This document shows, in pieces, positions 39,441-48,743 of a stretch of 64,000 nt of DNA. The position numbers were made by a program, and so were the translations under genes. Below the pieces are notes generated by a model. The model did not search any database. It saw only the letters and a program-made list of their open reading frames with translations, and was not told where the DNA came from. How positions within the stretch are numbered: position 1 is the first letter of the stretch; each line of letters begins with the position of its first letter. Source of the stretch: a virus; IMG/VR virus record IMGVR_UViG_3300005541_000008, positions 13,361-77,360 of that record. The stretch is one strand, 5' to 3'.

Positions 39441-39866
39441 ATGTTGGACTATAGATATATCGCCGGTCTCTTCGACGGAGAAGGTAACTTTTGTATCTCC
39501 AAAATCCGGACGAACAACGGCCCCGCAGGTAATTGGGCCTTCCGTATTTCGCTAGGTATGGCGTATAACCCTATCATAGAAGAGTTATACAAGATGTTCG
39601 GAGGGCATCTCAGATCGTATAAATCGAAAAACTGCAACATCTTGCGTTGGTATATAAGCAATGCTGCCGAAGCACGGTGGTTTCTGGCAGCTATGTATCC
39701 ACTATTAATAGTAAAGAGAGAGCACGCCGAGATTATGGGGATCTTCCTAAACACTGTAGGGACGCCTAGTAAAGGGCTCTCGGACGAAGCGCGCCAAACA
39801 CGAGAGCTTTGTGTTGAACTGTTACAGAGTATAAACTTAAAGAAAGGTAAACGGAAGAGCGGATAA
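39441..39866 (+). CDS. Free-standing LAGLIDADG homing endonuclease
   Basis: YIAGLFDGEGNF; FGG; YPLLIVKREHA; more AT-rich than neighbours. Confidence 0.88.
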   Translation: MLDYRYIAGLFDGEGNFCISKIRTNNGPAGNWAFRISLGMAYNPIIEELYKMFGGHLRSYKSKNCNILRWYISNAAEARWFLAAMYPLLIVKREHAEIMGIFLNTVGTPSKGLSDEARQTRELCVELLQSINLKKGKRKSG

Positions 39867-40093
39867 ATGGAATCTTCTGAAAACCCAACTCAGGTAGAGA
39901 TTAAGATCGTAAGCCCGCTCCCTCCGCGTTTGATATTTAAGGGGCAGTCCTACGTGCAGTTTGAGGACCCTTTCCTTAAACAATGGGAGACGTTCGGGAG
40001 GATTGTGTTTAGCGTTATGCAGCGGGAGCTTTCGCGGGGTATGGCACCGGTGATTAGGATTATTATCGACGAAGCGACACTACGGGGAGGAAA

Positions 40094-40669
40094 ATGAAGG
40101 GGATTATTGATAAGGAGCAGGCTAAGAAAGCAGTCTCGTCACTACTCGAGTTTTTTCACGTTCCGGATTCGGACGGGATTTACACGGAAACGCCCGAGCG
40201 GTTTTTGAACGCGCTTTATGAGATTGTAGGGGGGCAGGGAGTTGCAGCGCCGTCGCTTAGGACCTTCGAGACCAAGAGCTCGTCGGACATTGTGTTCTTC
40301 GGGCCTCTGAAAAGCACGAGTTTATGTCCACACCACCTCTTCCCGTATCTCGTGGAGGCGTTCTTTGCGTACACGCCGGGTGAGAGGGTGGTAGGGATTA
40401 GCAAACCCGGGCGTCTCCTGCAATGGGTGTGTAGTAGAACGGGACTCCAAGAGGAGATGGGCGGAGCGTTTCTCGATGAGTTCGAGAAGCAAGTGCCGAA
40501 TAAGGGCGCGATGCTCCTCCTTAAGGGGTGGCATTTGTGTGCTTCGATCCGCGGCGCAAAGCAAAGTGAGGCCGAGACGATTACAATCGACACACGAGGA
40601 GTTTTCCACACGCAGCACGCCCAGGATAGGTTTATTAGCCTCGTGAAGCTTGCAAGAGGGGCTGCGTGA
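40094..40669 (+). CDS. folE: GTP cyclohydrolase I
   Basis: ETPER, SLCPHHLFP, GISK, LQE, HLCASIRG. Confidence 0.92.
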   Translation: MKGIIDKEQAKKAVSSLLEFFHVPDSDGIYTETPERFLNALYEIVGGQGVAAPSLRTFETKSSSDIVFFGPLKSTSLCPHHLFPYLVEAFFAYTPGERVVGISKPGRLLQWVCSRTGLQEEMGGAFLDEFEKQVPNKGAMLLLKGWHLCASIRGAKQSEAETITIDTRGVFHTQHAQDRFISLVKLARGAA

Positions 40670-41703
40670 GGCATCCAGCCGCGTATCCGTCATCGAAGTG
40701 CGAGAAGTGTCCGTTACTTGAGCGCGTCGACAAGTACCACGTGAGCGCCGAGAAGCCGGACACTGCGCGCATTGCTCTCGTGGGCGAGGCGCCCGGGGAG
40801 AAGGAGGTGACGTTGCGCAGGCCGTTTGTCGGGCGCTCGGGAATCCTTATGGACCAGCTCATTGCTGCTGCGGGGATTCGGCGCTCGGAGTGTGTCGTGA
40901 CGAATGTGCTTAAGTGTCAGCCGCAGGGGAATAAGCTCCCAAACGATTACCAACTCGACATCGCAATCGGTTGTTGTTCTGAGATCCTCGCCGAGGATAC
41001 CTCGGGCGTCGAGGTGATAGTGGGTTTTGGGGCGACGCCTCTCCGCGCGTTTATGCGACTCGACCGGATTACGCAACGCCGGGGCTCTGTGTACAGACTC
41101 CCCTCAGGGCAGCTTTATGTTGCGACCCTCCACCCGGCATTTCTCCTCCGCGGCACGTTCGTACAAGCGAAGCAAGACGAGACGAAGGTGCTCCCGCCTC
41201 AGGTCGTGATAAATGACTTGCGTAAGGCGCGGAGGATATTGGATGGGAGTTTTGAGGAGGTCGTCGAGAACTTTGTGCTGTATCCCACCGCTGATGATAT
41301 GATGGCGTTCCTAGAGCGCCTCGAAGAACCTGACGTCCTCGTCGGCGTGGATATTGAAACGACGTATGTTGACACGTGGAGAAGTGCACAACTCCGTACG
41401 ATAGCGTTCGCGTTTCCCGATCTCGCGATTGCGGTTGCTGCGGATACCGATGAGAATTTGATGTTTATTATCGAGGCGCTCGAGAGTCCCGCGAGGAAGG
41501 TGTTTCACAACGGGATTTTCGATGTGAGCGTCCTCGAGGAGACGGGCTTTGAGGTCGTGAATTGGTTCGCCGACGACCAATACATGCACCACCTCGGGTA
41601 TGCAGAGCTCCCGCATTCGTTAGCCTTTGTGCAGAGTATTTATAATAATATGCCCTACCATAAGGACATGAGGGATGAGATCGCCGAGGAGTATGAAAAA
41701 TGA
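40666..41703 (+). CDS. Uracil-DNA glycosylase-like domain fused to the N-terminal part of a 3'-5' exonuclease
   Basis: VGEAPG, PFVGRSG, TNVLKC, TLHPA (family 4 UDG); VDIET (ExoI) and FHNGIFD (ExoII). Confidence 0.88.
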   Translation: MRHPAAYPSSKCEKCPLLERVDKYHVSAEKPDTARIALVGEAPGEKEVTLRRPFVGRSGILMDQLIAAAGIRRSECVVTNVLKCQPQGNKLPNDYQLDIAIGCCSEILAEDTSGVEVIVGFGATPLRAFMRLDRITQRRGSVYRLPSGQLYVATLHPAFLLRGTFVQAKQDETKVLPPQVVINDLRKARRILDGSFEEVVENFVLYPTADDMMAFLERLEEPDVLVGVDIETTYVDTWRSAQLRTIAFAFPDLAIAVAADTDENLMFIIEALESPARKVFHNGIFDVSVLEETGFEVVNWFADDQYMHHLGYAELPHSLAFVQSIYNNMPYHKDMRDEIAEEYEK

Positions 41704-43013
41704 GCGACGACCTAACCCTACTCACGTATAACTGTCGGGATGCGTTGTCGACGGTGCTCTCCGCCGAGCCTTTATTAAGGGAGCTCGAGACCGACGGCCT
41801 GAGCGAGTTCTACTTCCGGATTGTGCAGCCCATGGCACAGATCATCGTCAAGATGAACCGGAAGGGCATCTTCGTCGACACTGCGAAGCGCAACGCGGCC
41901 GTAACAACCGTCGAAGCAGAGATCGAAGAACTCGAGCATAAATTCGCGGATCTCGTCGGACGGCCGATGAACGTGAATGGTGCGGAGTTTGGGGATTTCC
42001 TCTTCGGAGAATTAGGGCTGCGCGGCTCGCGTCGCGGGGACTCCGGACGCTGGCAGGCGGATGAGGAGACGCTGAAACGGGTGTTGCGCGAGTACCCAGA
42101 CGTCGCGCCCGCAATAAACATGGGGCTCGATATTAGGGCGAAGAAGAAGATCATCTCCACGTTTCTCCTCCACGCAATCCCCGAGGAGGATAGCCGGGTT
42201 CACCCCTCCTTCAAGATCGGTCCCACGACCGGGCGCTTAGCCTGTCGGCGCCCTAACTTCCAAAACCATCCCGCAGGGGTGTGTAGGAGCGTGTATTGTG
42301 CGCCGCCGGGGTTTGTACTCGTGGGGGCGGACTACTCTCAGCTCGAGATCCGGATCCTCGCAGTCCTCGCTAACGACGCGCCTCTCCTCGAGGCTTTCGC
42401 AAACGGGTGGGATATCCACAACACCAATGCCTGGGTGTTGTTTGGTCTCGAGCAGGGCTCGCCGGTCACAAAACTCCAACGGGTCATCGCGAAGATGTTC
42501 CTCTACGGCCTTATGTACGGGGCGGATGACGACACCCTCCATACGAACCTGTGTCGTGATATCCCCGAAGGTGTGCCGATGAGTGTTGTGAAGACAATGA
42601 CCTCGAGGTTCTTTGCTGCGCACCCTGCAATCCGCGCCTTCCGAACAGTACTCGAGAACAATGTCCGGACGAAGCGGAGACTCGTAAACGCGTTTGGAAG
42701 GCGGCGCCTCTTTTTCGGGGAGATACAGAGCGCGATTCGTCAGGGCTATAACTTCCCGATGCAGGGTGGGGGCGCGGATCTCATTAGCGACCGGATGATC
42801 AAGCTCGATCGAGAGATTAGGATCCCGCCGGTTCTCCAGGTGCACGACTTTGTCGCGTATGAGGTTGAGGAGTCCCGAGGGCAAGAGCACGCGGTGGTCT
42901 TGAAGCAAGTGCTCGAGGAGAAGTGCCCCGAGCTTAGTGGGTACTCATTCCCCGTGGAGACTAAAGTGGTGCAGAATTGGGCGCAGTTCGATCCGGAGTA
43001 TGCGGATTTGTAG
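41700..43013 (+). CDS. polA: Family A DNA polymerase catalytic part
   Basis: YNCRD (ExoIII), TGRL...PNFQN, DYSQLEIR (motif A), R...K...YG..YG (motif B), QVHD (motif C). Confidence 0.93.
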   Translation: MSDDLTLLTYNCRDALSTVLSAEPLLRELETDGLSEFYFRIVQPMAQIIVKMNRKGIFVDTAKRNAAVTTVEAEIEELEHKFADLVGRPMNVNGAEFGDFLFGELGLRGSRRGDSGRWQADEETLKRVLREYPDVAPAINMGLDIRAKKKIISTFLLHAIPEEDSRVHPSFKIGPTTGRLACRRPNFQNHPAGVCRSVYCAPPGFVLVGADYSQLEIRILAVLANDAPLLEAFANGWDIHNTNAWVLFGLEQGSPVTKLQRVIAKMFLYGLMYGADDDTLHTNLCRDIPEGVPMSVVKTMTSRFFAAHPAIRAFRTVLENNVRTKRRLVNAFGRRRLFFGEIQSAIRQGYNFPMQGGGADLISDRMIKLDREIRIPPVLQVHDFVAYEVEESRGQEHAVVLKQVLEEKCPELSGYSFPVETKVVQNWAQFDPEYADL

Positions 43014-43539
43014 GAGGAGATCATGACACCGAAGGAAAACGTATTAAATATGGAATCGAGCGCGATATGTCTTCCCGTAAAGGTAAAGTATAGCGGACAC
43101 CTAGAAGACCCTATCAAAACCGACGAGATAAAAGCGGAGTTCGAGATCCATATCACGGAAGGGCCGATCGCGGGGATTTGGGGGAACGCCAGCACGGAGG
43201 AAGAAGCATGGATAAGGGCGGAGGAGAGGCTATTACGATTCCACCTAGCGCAAAAAGCTGGGGAGGCACAAGGATCGAAGAGCTCGTCGGAAAGCTCGAG
43301 CGAAGAGAAATCGGCTTAGGCGACTTCTACACGGGTGCGCTGGAGATTGCGACCGACCACTTTATGGCGACGGCATCGCGACGCGAGGCCGAGCTCGTCG
43401 AGGCGCTCCGTGAGGTCGCGACGCGCAACCACAAAGACCTCCACAACGCCTATCAACAAGCGGGACACGTCATACCGCACTTTGAGGACTGTCACGCTCC
43501 TGCGTGCGTGTTAGCCCGGGAAACTTTGGAGAAGCGGAG

Positions 43540-44310
43540 ATGAAAATACGGATAGCTCACGAGACCCCAACACAGTACATTGAGTACACGCAACGCATCA
43601 CAGACTATGATTTTGCGATCGCATCGATGGTGCTTAAGAATAAATTCTACGCAGGGATGTTTGCCCGACGCGCCGCAGGGCGCCTTCTCATTCTCGATAA
43701 CGGCTTCTTCGAAGATGGCGCGCCGCAGTCCTCCGACGAGCTGTTAGCTGCTGCAGATCTCGTACGCGCGGATTATGTTGTCGCTCCCGACGTGCTCGGG
43801 GATAAGAAGAAAACCCTCGAGCTGTATGAACCGTTCATGGAGAAATTCGCAAGCCCTAAATACCGTCTCGCCGCGGTTGTAGTGGGGAGCGACGCCAAGG
43901 AGCTCGTGGAGTGTTATGAGTATTATGCTAAGGACCCGCGCGTCGACATGTACTGCTGGGCGTTTGGGTCGGATAGGAGAGAAGCGCTTCGAATACTCCG
44001 ACACAGCGCGAGGAGCGCGGGCGTGGACACCTCCCGACGTCACCACCTCTTCGGCTTCCGTACTCTCGAAGAGCTCGCAGCGTGCGTCTCATACCTCGAA
44101 GAGGTGGACGAGGTCACCATCGACACCTCGAAACCCGCATCCGCAGCTTTCGCGGGAAAGCAGCTCGAAGACCTAGGGCGAAAGGCTTACGCACGGCCCG
44201 ATTGGAACCAGGCACTCGACCCAGGACTGCTCTCCTTTAACATAGGGGTTTTCCGTGGGTGGATGCAGAGTGTAGCGCGTGCGCCGGAAGCATTTACGAG
44301 GGGTGCGTGA
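43540..44310 (+). CDS. TGT-fold protein, probable DpdA-like DNA guanine transglycosylase
   Basis: ILDNGFFE, APDVLGD, HHLFG, IDTSKP in the order of the TGT/DpdA barrel motifs; genome encodes the preQ0 pathway. Confidence 0.65.
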   Translation: MKIRIAHETPTQYIEYTQRITDYDFAIASMVLKNKFYAGMFARRAAGRLLILDNGFFEDGAPQSSDELLAAADLVRADYVVAPDVLGDKKKTLELYEPFMEKFASPKYRLAAVVVGSDAKELVECYEYYAKDPRVDMYCWAFGSDRREALRILRHSARSAGVDTSRRHHLFGFRTLEELAACVSYLEEVDEVTIDTSKPASAAFAGKQLEDLGRKAYARPDWNQALDPGLLSFNIGVFRGWMQSVARAPEAFTRGA

Positions 44311-45455
44311 GCTGGTTGGAGCAGTACGTTGCCTACGCAGGCAATACGGAAGCACCGAAACAATTTCACTGGTGGGCGGGGGCTACAATTCTCGGAGCAG
44401 CGCTACGACGCAACGTTTCCTTCCAACAGGAGTATTTTGCGACCTACCCTACGCTCTGGACACTTGTCGTAGCCCCCTCCGGGACTAAGAAAACGTCTGC
44501 TGCGACTATTGCTCACAACATCGTCTCGAAGATTGAGGGCGTTCGGATCTTAGCAGACCGCATCACCCCCGAGGCGCTTGCGGACGCGCTAGGCGAGGCT
44601 GATGAATCAGGGCACATCGAATCGCAAGGCCTGATCTACGCACCAGAGCTCGTGGGGTTCTTAGACAAGCGCTCATATAACGAGGCGATGGTAAACTTCA
44701 TGCTCCGTCTTGCTGACTTCCCAGAGAAGTGGGTGACTCAAACCCGAGGAGGAGGGCGCGTTGAGCTTCGCAACGTCGCAGTGAGCTTTCTCGGGGCGAC
44801 TGCAAACGACCTCCTCTACGAGGCAGTACCCGCCCTCGCCCTTAAATCGGGTTTCCTGGCCCGGTTTATCTGCGTGTACTCCGCCGGGAGCAATATGGCC
44901 GTGCCCTTCATGTGGAAGGACCGAGTGCTCGAGAAGGAAGTGCTCAACAGCCTCTACGACCTTTCCCTCCTCCGAGGGGAAATGGTAATGGGGAGACCGG
45001 CGCGGGATTGGTATATATCATTCTACTACGACCACAAAGCGATGATGGGAAAAGAGGCCTCGTCGAAGCTACGCGCCTACTACGAAAGGAAACCCGACCA
45101 CCTCCTCCGCCTTGCAATGATCACGTCTATCGCCCGCTCACGTCGGTGTGAGTTTAGCGTCCGCGCATTCGAAGAAGCCCTAGCACGTCTCGAGGAGGCC
45201 GAGAAGGGGCTTCCCTACCTCTACGACGAGATTGAAGCGAGCGACATGGGACGGTATCAAATCCGGGTGTTAGAGCAACTCGATCGTGCCGGGGGACACC
45301 TCTCCCACACAGACCTCGTGAGGCGGAACGCGGCGGTTGTTGGGGACGCGGCTGTGATTAAGAGGGTCGTGCAGACGCTTATTGAGAGCGGCCTTATGGT
45401 GATGGAGAGGTCGGCAACCGGGGCGATTGCGTATCGCAGGAGGAAGGTGTCGTAA
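44307..45455 (+). CDS. DUF3987-like P-loop protein (replicative helicase-like) with C-terminal wHTH
   Basis: EAPKQFHWW, LVVAPSGTKKTS, TPEAL, TRGGG, GFLARF. Confidence 0.8.
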   Translation: MSWLEQYVAYAGNTEAPKQFHWWAGATILGAALRRNVSFQQEYFATYPTLWTLVVAPSGTKKTSAATIAHNIVSKIEGVRILADRITPEALADALGEADESGHIESQGLIYAPELVGFLDKRSYNEAMVNFMLRLADFPEKWVTQTRGGGRVELRNVAVSFLGATANDLLYEAVPALALKSGFLARFICVYSAGSNMAVPFMWKDRVLEKEVLNSLYDLSLLRGEMVMGRPARDWYISFYYDHKAMMGKEASSKLRAYYERKPDHLLRLAMITSIARSRRCEFSVRAFEEALARLEEAEKGLPYLYDEIEASDMGRYQIRVLEQLDRAGGHLSHTDLVRRNAAVVGDAAVIKRVVQTLIESGLMVMERSATGAIAYRRRKVS

Positions 45456-45456
45456 A

Positions 45457-45711
45457 ATGAGGGGAGAAACGAAAGAAGGTGGAATAACTGCTCGCGAGAT
45501 AATGCAAGCAATCGTAACTTGGAAGCCGCCGATATTTCCCCGCGACCTACACACAAAACTCGGTATACCGACGGAGCAGTGTGGTCGCAGGATGCAGGTG
45601 CTTCATCATTGGGGATGCGTAAAATACGCGGAGCCGGGGAAGCGTGGGTGGCGCGGCTATGAGGTCACGGAGTGGGGAAGGAGATATGCAAGAGGAAAAG
45701 AGGAAGTGTAG
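45457..45711 (+). CDS. Small winged-helix-like protein
   Basis: PRDLHTKLGI...RMQVLHHWGCV...YEVTEWG. Confidence 0.6.
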   Translation: MRGETKEGGITAREIMQAIVTWKPPIFPRDLHTKLGIPTEQCGRRMQVLHHWGCVKYAEPGKRGWRGYEVTEWGRRYARGKEEV

Positions 45712-47476
45712 TAAGTGTGGACTCGAAAAGGGCGCCGGAGATTTCTACGTCGGGCCCGGTAATTGGTGTAAAGAGTGCAGAAGAAGCTATGTGCGAGGAC
45801 GCCGGTCTACTCGTAGAGAGCGCGGTAAGCAGCGTCTCTATCCTGAGCAGTGGCCTATTCTTTTACAGCACGTAACAAATAAGGAAGCGCTCCTCCTTTT
45901 TGACTTACTGCAGAGTTGCGGATTACGCCCCACAGAAGCGCTCGCTCTCAGAGCCGAGAGTTTTGATTTTTCTCGAGGTACCGTAACGGTAAAGAATACA
46001 GATCGCGGGGAAGAGAGAACCCTAATCATGCTCGTGCGTGCGGATTTGCTAATCGCTTTGGAGGAAAGGAAGGGGTCCATCGATATAAAGCCCCAGATAG
46101 CCCGTAAGGTTTTTAGAGAGGCAGTAGCTGCCGGAAAGTCTGCTCTCGAGAAAGTCACAGAGGAGTATCCTAACGAGGAAAAGCCGGACACGGATGGTCT
46201 GAGTATGGCGTCGCTCCGCTACACCTTCGGCCTGCGCCTCTACAGCATCGGTGCACGAGAGCCCGAGTTTTCCGCTCTCCTTCGGCTCAGATCACGCGAG
46301 CCAGTGTGGCCTAACTTCGAGCTTATGAACGAACTCCTAAAGAAAAGCTGGGAACAGCAACCAAGACTCTGGACTCCGCGTGAGACTTTGGTGGTTTATA
46401 ATAAGGACGGACTCAAGAAGTGCACACGATGCAGCCAGGAGAAACCTCCGGAACAGTTCACTCCCGGAGTGAGTAGGTGTCTACAATGCGTTAATGAAGT
46501 AGTCCAACCTTATATGGAGAAGCGTAAGAAGGGAGAAGACGGTAAACGCAACAAACGCAAGAAAGCGTGGTATGTGTATCCAGATCGCGCGAAGTGGTCA
46601 CCTAGAGAGAGAATACTCTATCCTGAGCAGTGGCCGAGATTCTGGCGGGCTGTGAAGGAGTATAAGTTCCGGATGATCTTCGATCTTATGCAGAGCTGCG
46701 GACTCCGTGCTAGAGAAGCCCTCTATATCGGACCGAAGGACTTTGACTTCGACCGCGGAGTACTTGCCGTGCGCACGCTAAAACAAGTAGAACGACCAGT
46801 GCACGACGTGTTTGTGCGTCCTGACATACTAAGGAGGCTAAGGAGTATAAAAGTAGACACGGAAGGAAGATACTTCGACTTCGAGTACCCAACCCTATGG
46901 GACGAGTTTAAAAGGGTCGCCAAAGAAGTAGGCCTCGATCCGAAACTCGGAACACACGCGCTACGTCATTGTTGTGCGGTAAGACTAGGGCGGCTTCCTT
47001 CTGCAAACGAGATGCAAGCTAGAGCTCTCCTTCGACACAGTCCAATCAACGTAACACAAGGCTACGCGCAGCCTATAGAAGACCCGCTAAAGCATCAGGA
47101 GATTTGGGATCAGTCTTGGACCGAGCAAGAGTGGATCTGGATAGCTCTCTTAACAGGGGCTCCTGATTGGGATCAGAGTGAACTAGGATGGATAGAAGAA
47201 GATCGCAAACGCGCGACTCGTGACGGATGGATAGATCCCGAGAGGTGGCAGGCCCTCGTAGACTCGTTGGGGAATAAATGTCTCTGTTGCTGGAAGCAGC
47301 CTCCTGATACGACGCTCTACGCAGATCATATAGTTCCGCCGAGCGCCGGAGGGTTGTGGATCGAGTCCAATCTTCAGCCTCTTTGCCGCACCTGCAATAG
47401 CTCGAAGGGTGCAAGGAAGGTAAACTTTCGCAAAAACCCCCAAGCGGATAGGTCATGGTGCGCTCATCCCCGCTAA
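45686..47476 (+). CDS. Tandem Zn-finger/tyrosine-recombinase domains fused to an HNH nuclease
   Basis: Two repeats of CxxC..CxxC + LYPEQWP + QSCGLR; second repeat has R, K, HALR, H and Y; C-terminal DHIVP..GG...NLQPLCRTCNSSKG. Confidence 0.85.
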   Translation: MQEEKRKCSKCGLEKGAGDFYVGPGNWCKECRRSYVRGRRSTRRERGKQRLYPEQWPILLQHVTNKEALLLFDLLQSCGLRPTEALALRAESFDFSRGTVTVKNTDRGEERTLIMLVRADLLIALEERKGSIDIKPQIARKVFREAVAAGKSALEKVTEEYPNEEKPDTDGLSMASLRYTFGLRLYSIGAREPEFSALLRLRSREPVWPNFELMNELLKKSWEQQPRLWTPRETLVVYNKDGLKKCTRCSQEKPPEQFTPGVSRCLQCVNEVVQPYMEKRKKGEDGKRNKRKKAWYVYPDRAKWSPRERILYPEQWPRFWRAVKEYKFRMIFDLMQSCGLRAREALYIGPKDFDFDRGVLAVRTLKQVERPVHDVFVRPDILRRLRSIKVDTEGRYFDFEYPTLWDEFKRVAKEVGLDPKLGTHALRHCCAVRLGRLPSANEMQARALLRHSPINVTQGYAQPIEDPLKHQEIWDQSWTEQEWIWIALLTGAPDWDQSELGWIEEDRKRATRDGWIDPERWQALVDSLGNKCLCCWKQPPDTTLYADHIVPPSAGGLWIESNLQPLCRTCNSSKGARKVNFRKNPQADRSWCAHPR

Positions 47477-47552
47477 CAAGTTTCACGAGCTTTTAATCCT
47501 ATTAGGAATTGAACTAACATTTCTTAGTTCAGTAGAGAGGTGAACTTTGTTA
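47474..47552. other. Nested inverted repeats downstream of the recombinase gene
   Basis: TGAACTAA-CATTTC-TTAGTTCA (47510-47531) inside the imperfect pair TAACAAGTTTCAC / GTGAACTTTGTTA. Confidence 0.5.
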
Positions 47553-47752
47553 TAGGAGGGCATAAGAGATGAATCCAACAGCTAAGCTAATCCTCACAAT
47601 ACTCTCTACTGTAGTTGTAACGGCCCTATTTATCTTCGGCTTCGAGGTGTGGAAGAATGGGCCTCCGGCTTCACCGAGCTTTGCGTTTGGGTATTATGAG
47701 AAGGGGAATGTGTGGAATAGGATTCATATTGATGAGAAGGGAAGGGTGTTGT

Positions 47753-48179
47753 GTGCTAAGGAGTGATGTCACGGAGTTCAGGGGGGCGTTTAGGTTCCTG
47801 AGCAATTTCTACCCCTCTGAAGTGCTGTGCGATGGGCTTAAGTTCCGGACTGTGGAGCATGCGTATCAGGCAGCGAAGTTTAGGGATTGGGATCAGAAGC
47901 TAAAGATTAGGAAGGCGAGGTTTCCGAGTGAAGCAAAGCGTCTAGGCAAAGCGCTCGGGATCAGGGAGGATTGGGACGAGGTTAAGGTCGGGGTGATGGA
48001 AGAGTTGCTTAGGCAGAAGTTTGCCCCGGGAAGGCCCTTACACGTTTTGCTTGTTGCAACCCGCCCGCGAACGCTAATCGAGGGGAATAATTGGGGGGAT
48101 AAGTTTTGGGGGGGTGTGTAATGGGGTTGGGGAAAATGTGTTAGGAAAGCTACTCATGAAGATTAGGGAGGAGCGATGA
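47753..48179 (+). pseudogene. NADAR (YbiA-like) gene frameshifted in a G7 run
   Basis: FRFLSNFY, TVEHAYQAAK, LRQKF, GNNWGDKFWG; the C-terminus VCNGVGENVLGKLLMKIREER lies in another frame after 48108-48114. Confidence 0.8.
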
Positions 48180-48499
48180 CGATTCAGGAGTACCAAGATC
48201 AGGTCGGTGATGTGCTTAATCAGAGATGGAACTTTCCCGACTCAACGGGGATTGCGTATTGCGGCCTCGGACTTGCGGGCGAGGCAGGGGAGTGTGCTGA
48301 GGAGATTAAAAAGGCCTTGCGCTACTCGAAGGGGCACTTTGATAAAGGCCGTAAGGCTAAGCTCCAGAGCGAACTTGGTGACGTTTTGTATTACATGGCC
48401 CGGGTTGCGAACGAAGTGGGGATTAGGCTCGAGGACGTGTTGAGCGCTTCGATCGATAAAATGTATCAGCGCCTCAACCACGGGAAGGACGGGGAGTGA
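48176..48499 (+). CDS. mazG: MazG-like nucleotide pyrophosphohydrolase
   Basis: LGLAGEAGECAEEIKK...ELGDVLYY. Confidence 0.9.
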   Translation: MTIQEYQDQVGDVLNQRWNFPDSTGIAYCGLGLAGEAGECAEEIKKALRYSKGHFDKGRKAKLQSELGDVLYYMARVANEVGIRLEDVLSASIDKMYQRLNHGKDGE

Positions 48500-48743
48500 C
48501 CTTCGACGAGACGATAAAGAAGATCCACCTCTTGAGAGTGAGTGCTGTAGAGCTCGCTATGCACTTCCACGAACGCTATCATGATAAGAGGGTGGAGTGG
48601 AGAGTGTGTAAGGATCCACTTTGTGCGAGAGCTAAGTACCTTTTTGGCGAGATGTGATTTTGGTTCAAAAGAGCGACTAGAGCGCTTCAAATCCTTTCAT
48701 AACTGCGATATACAAAGAGATTCTAAGTTTAGAGGGGTTTAGT

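Noticed and set aside
45686-47476. Evidence that the window is an integrated prophage
   Set aside because: No host genes or att duplication are visible in the window, and the recombinase architecture is not that of a standard integrase.
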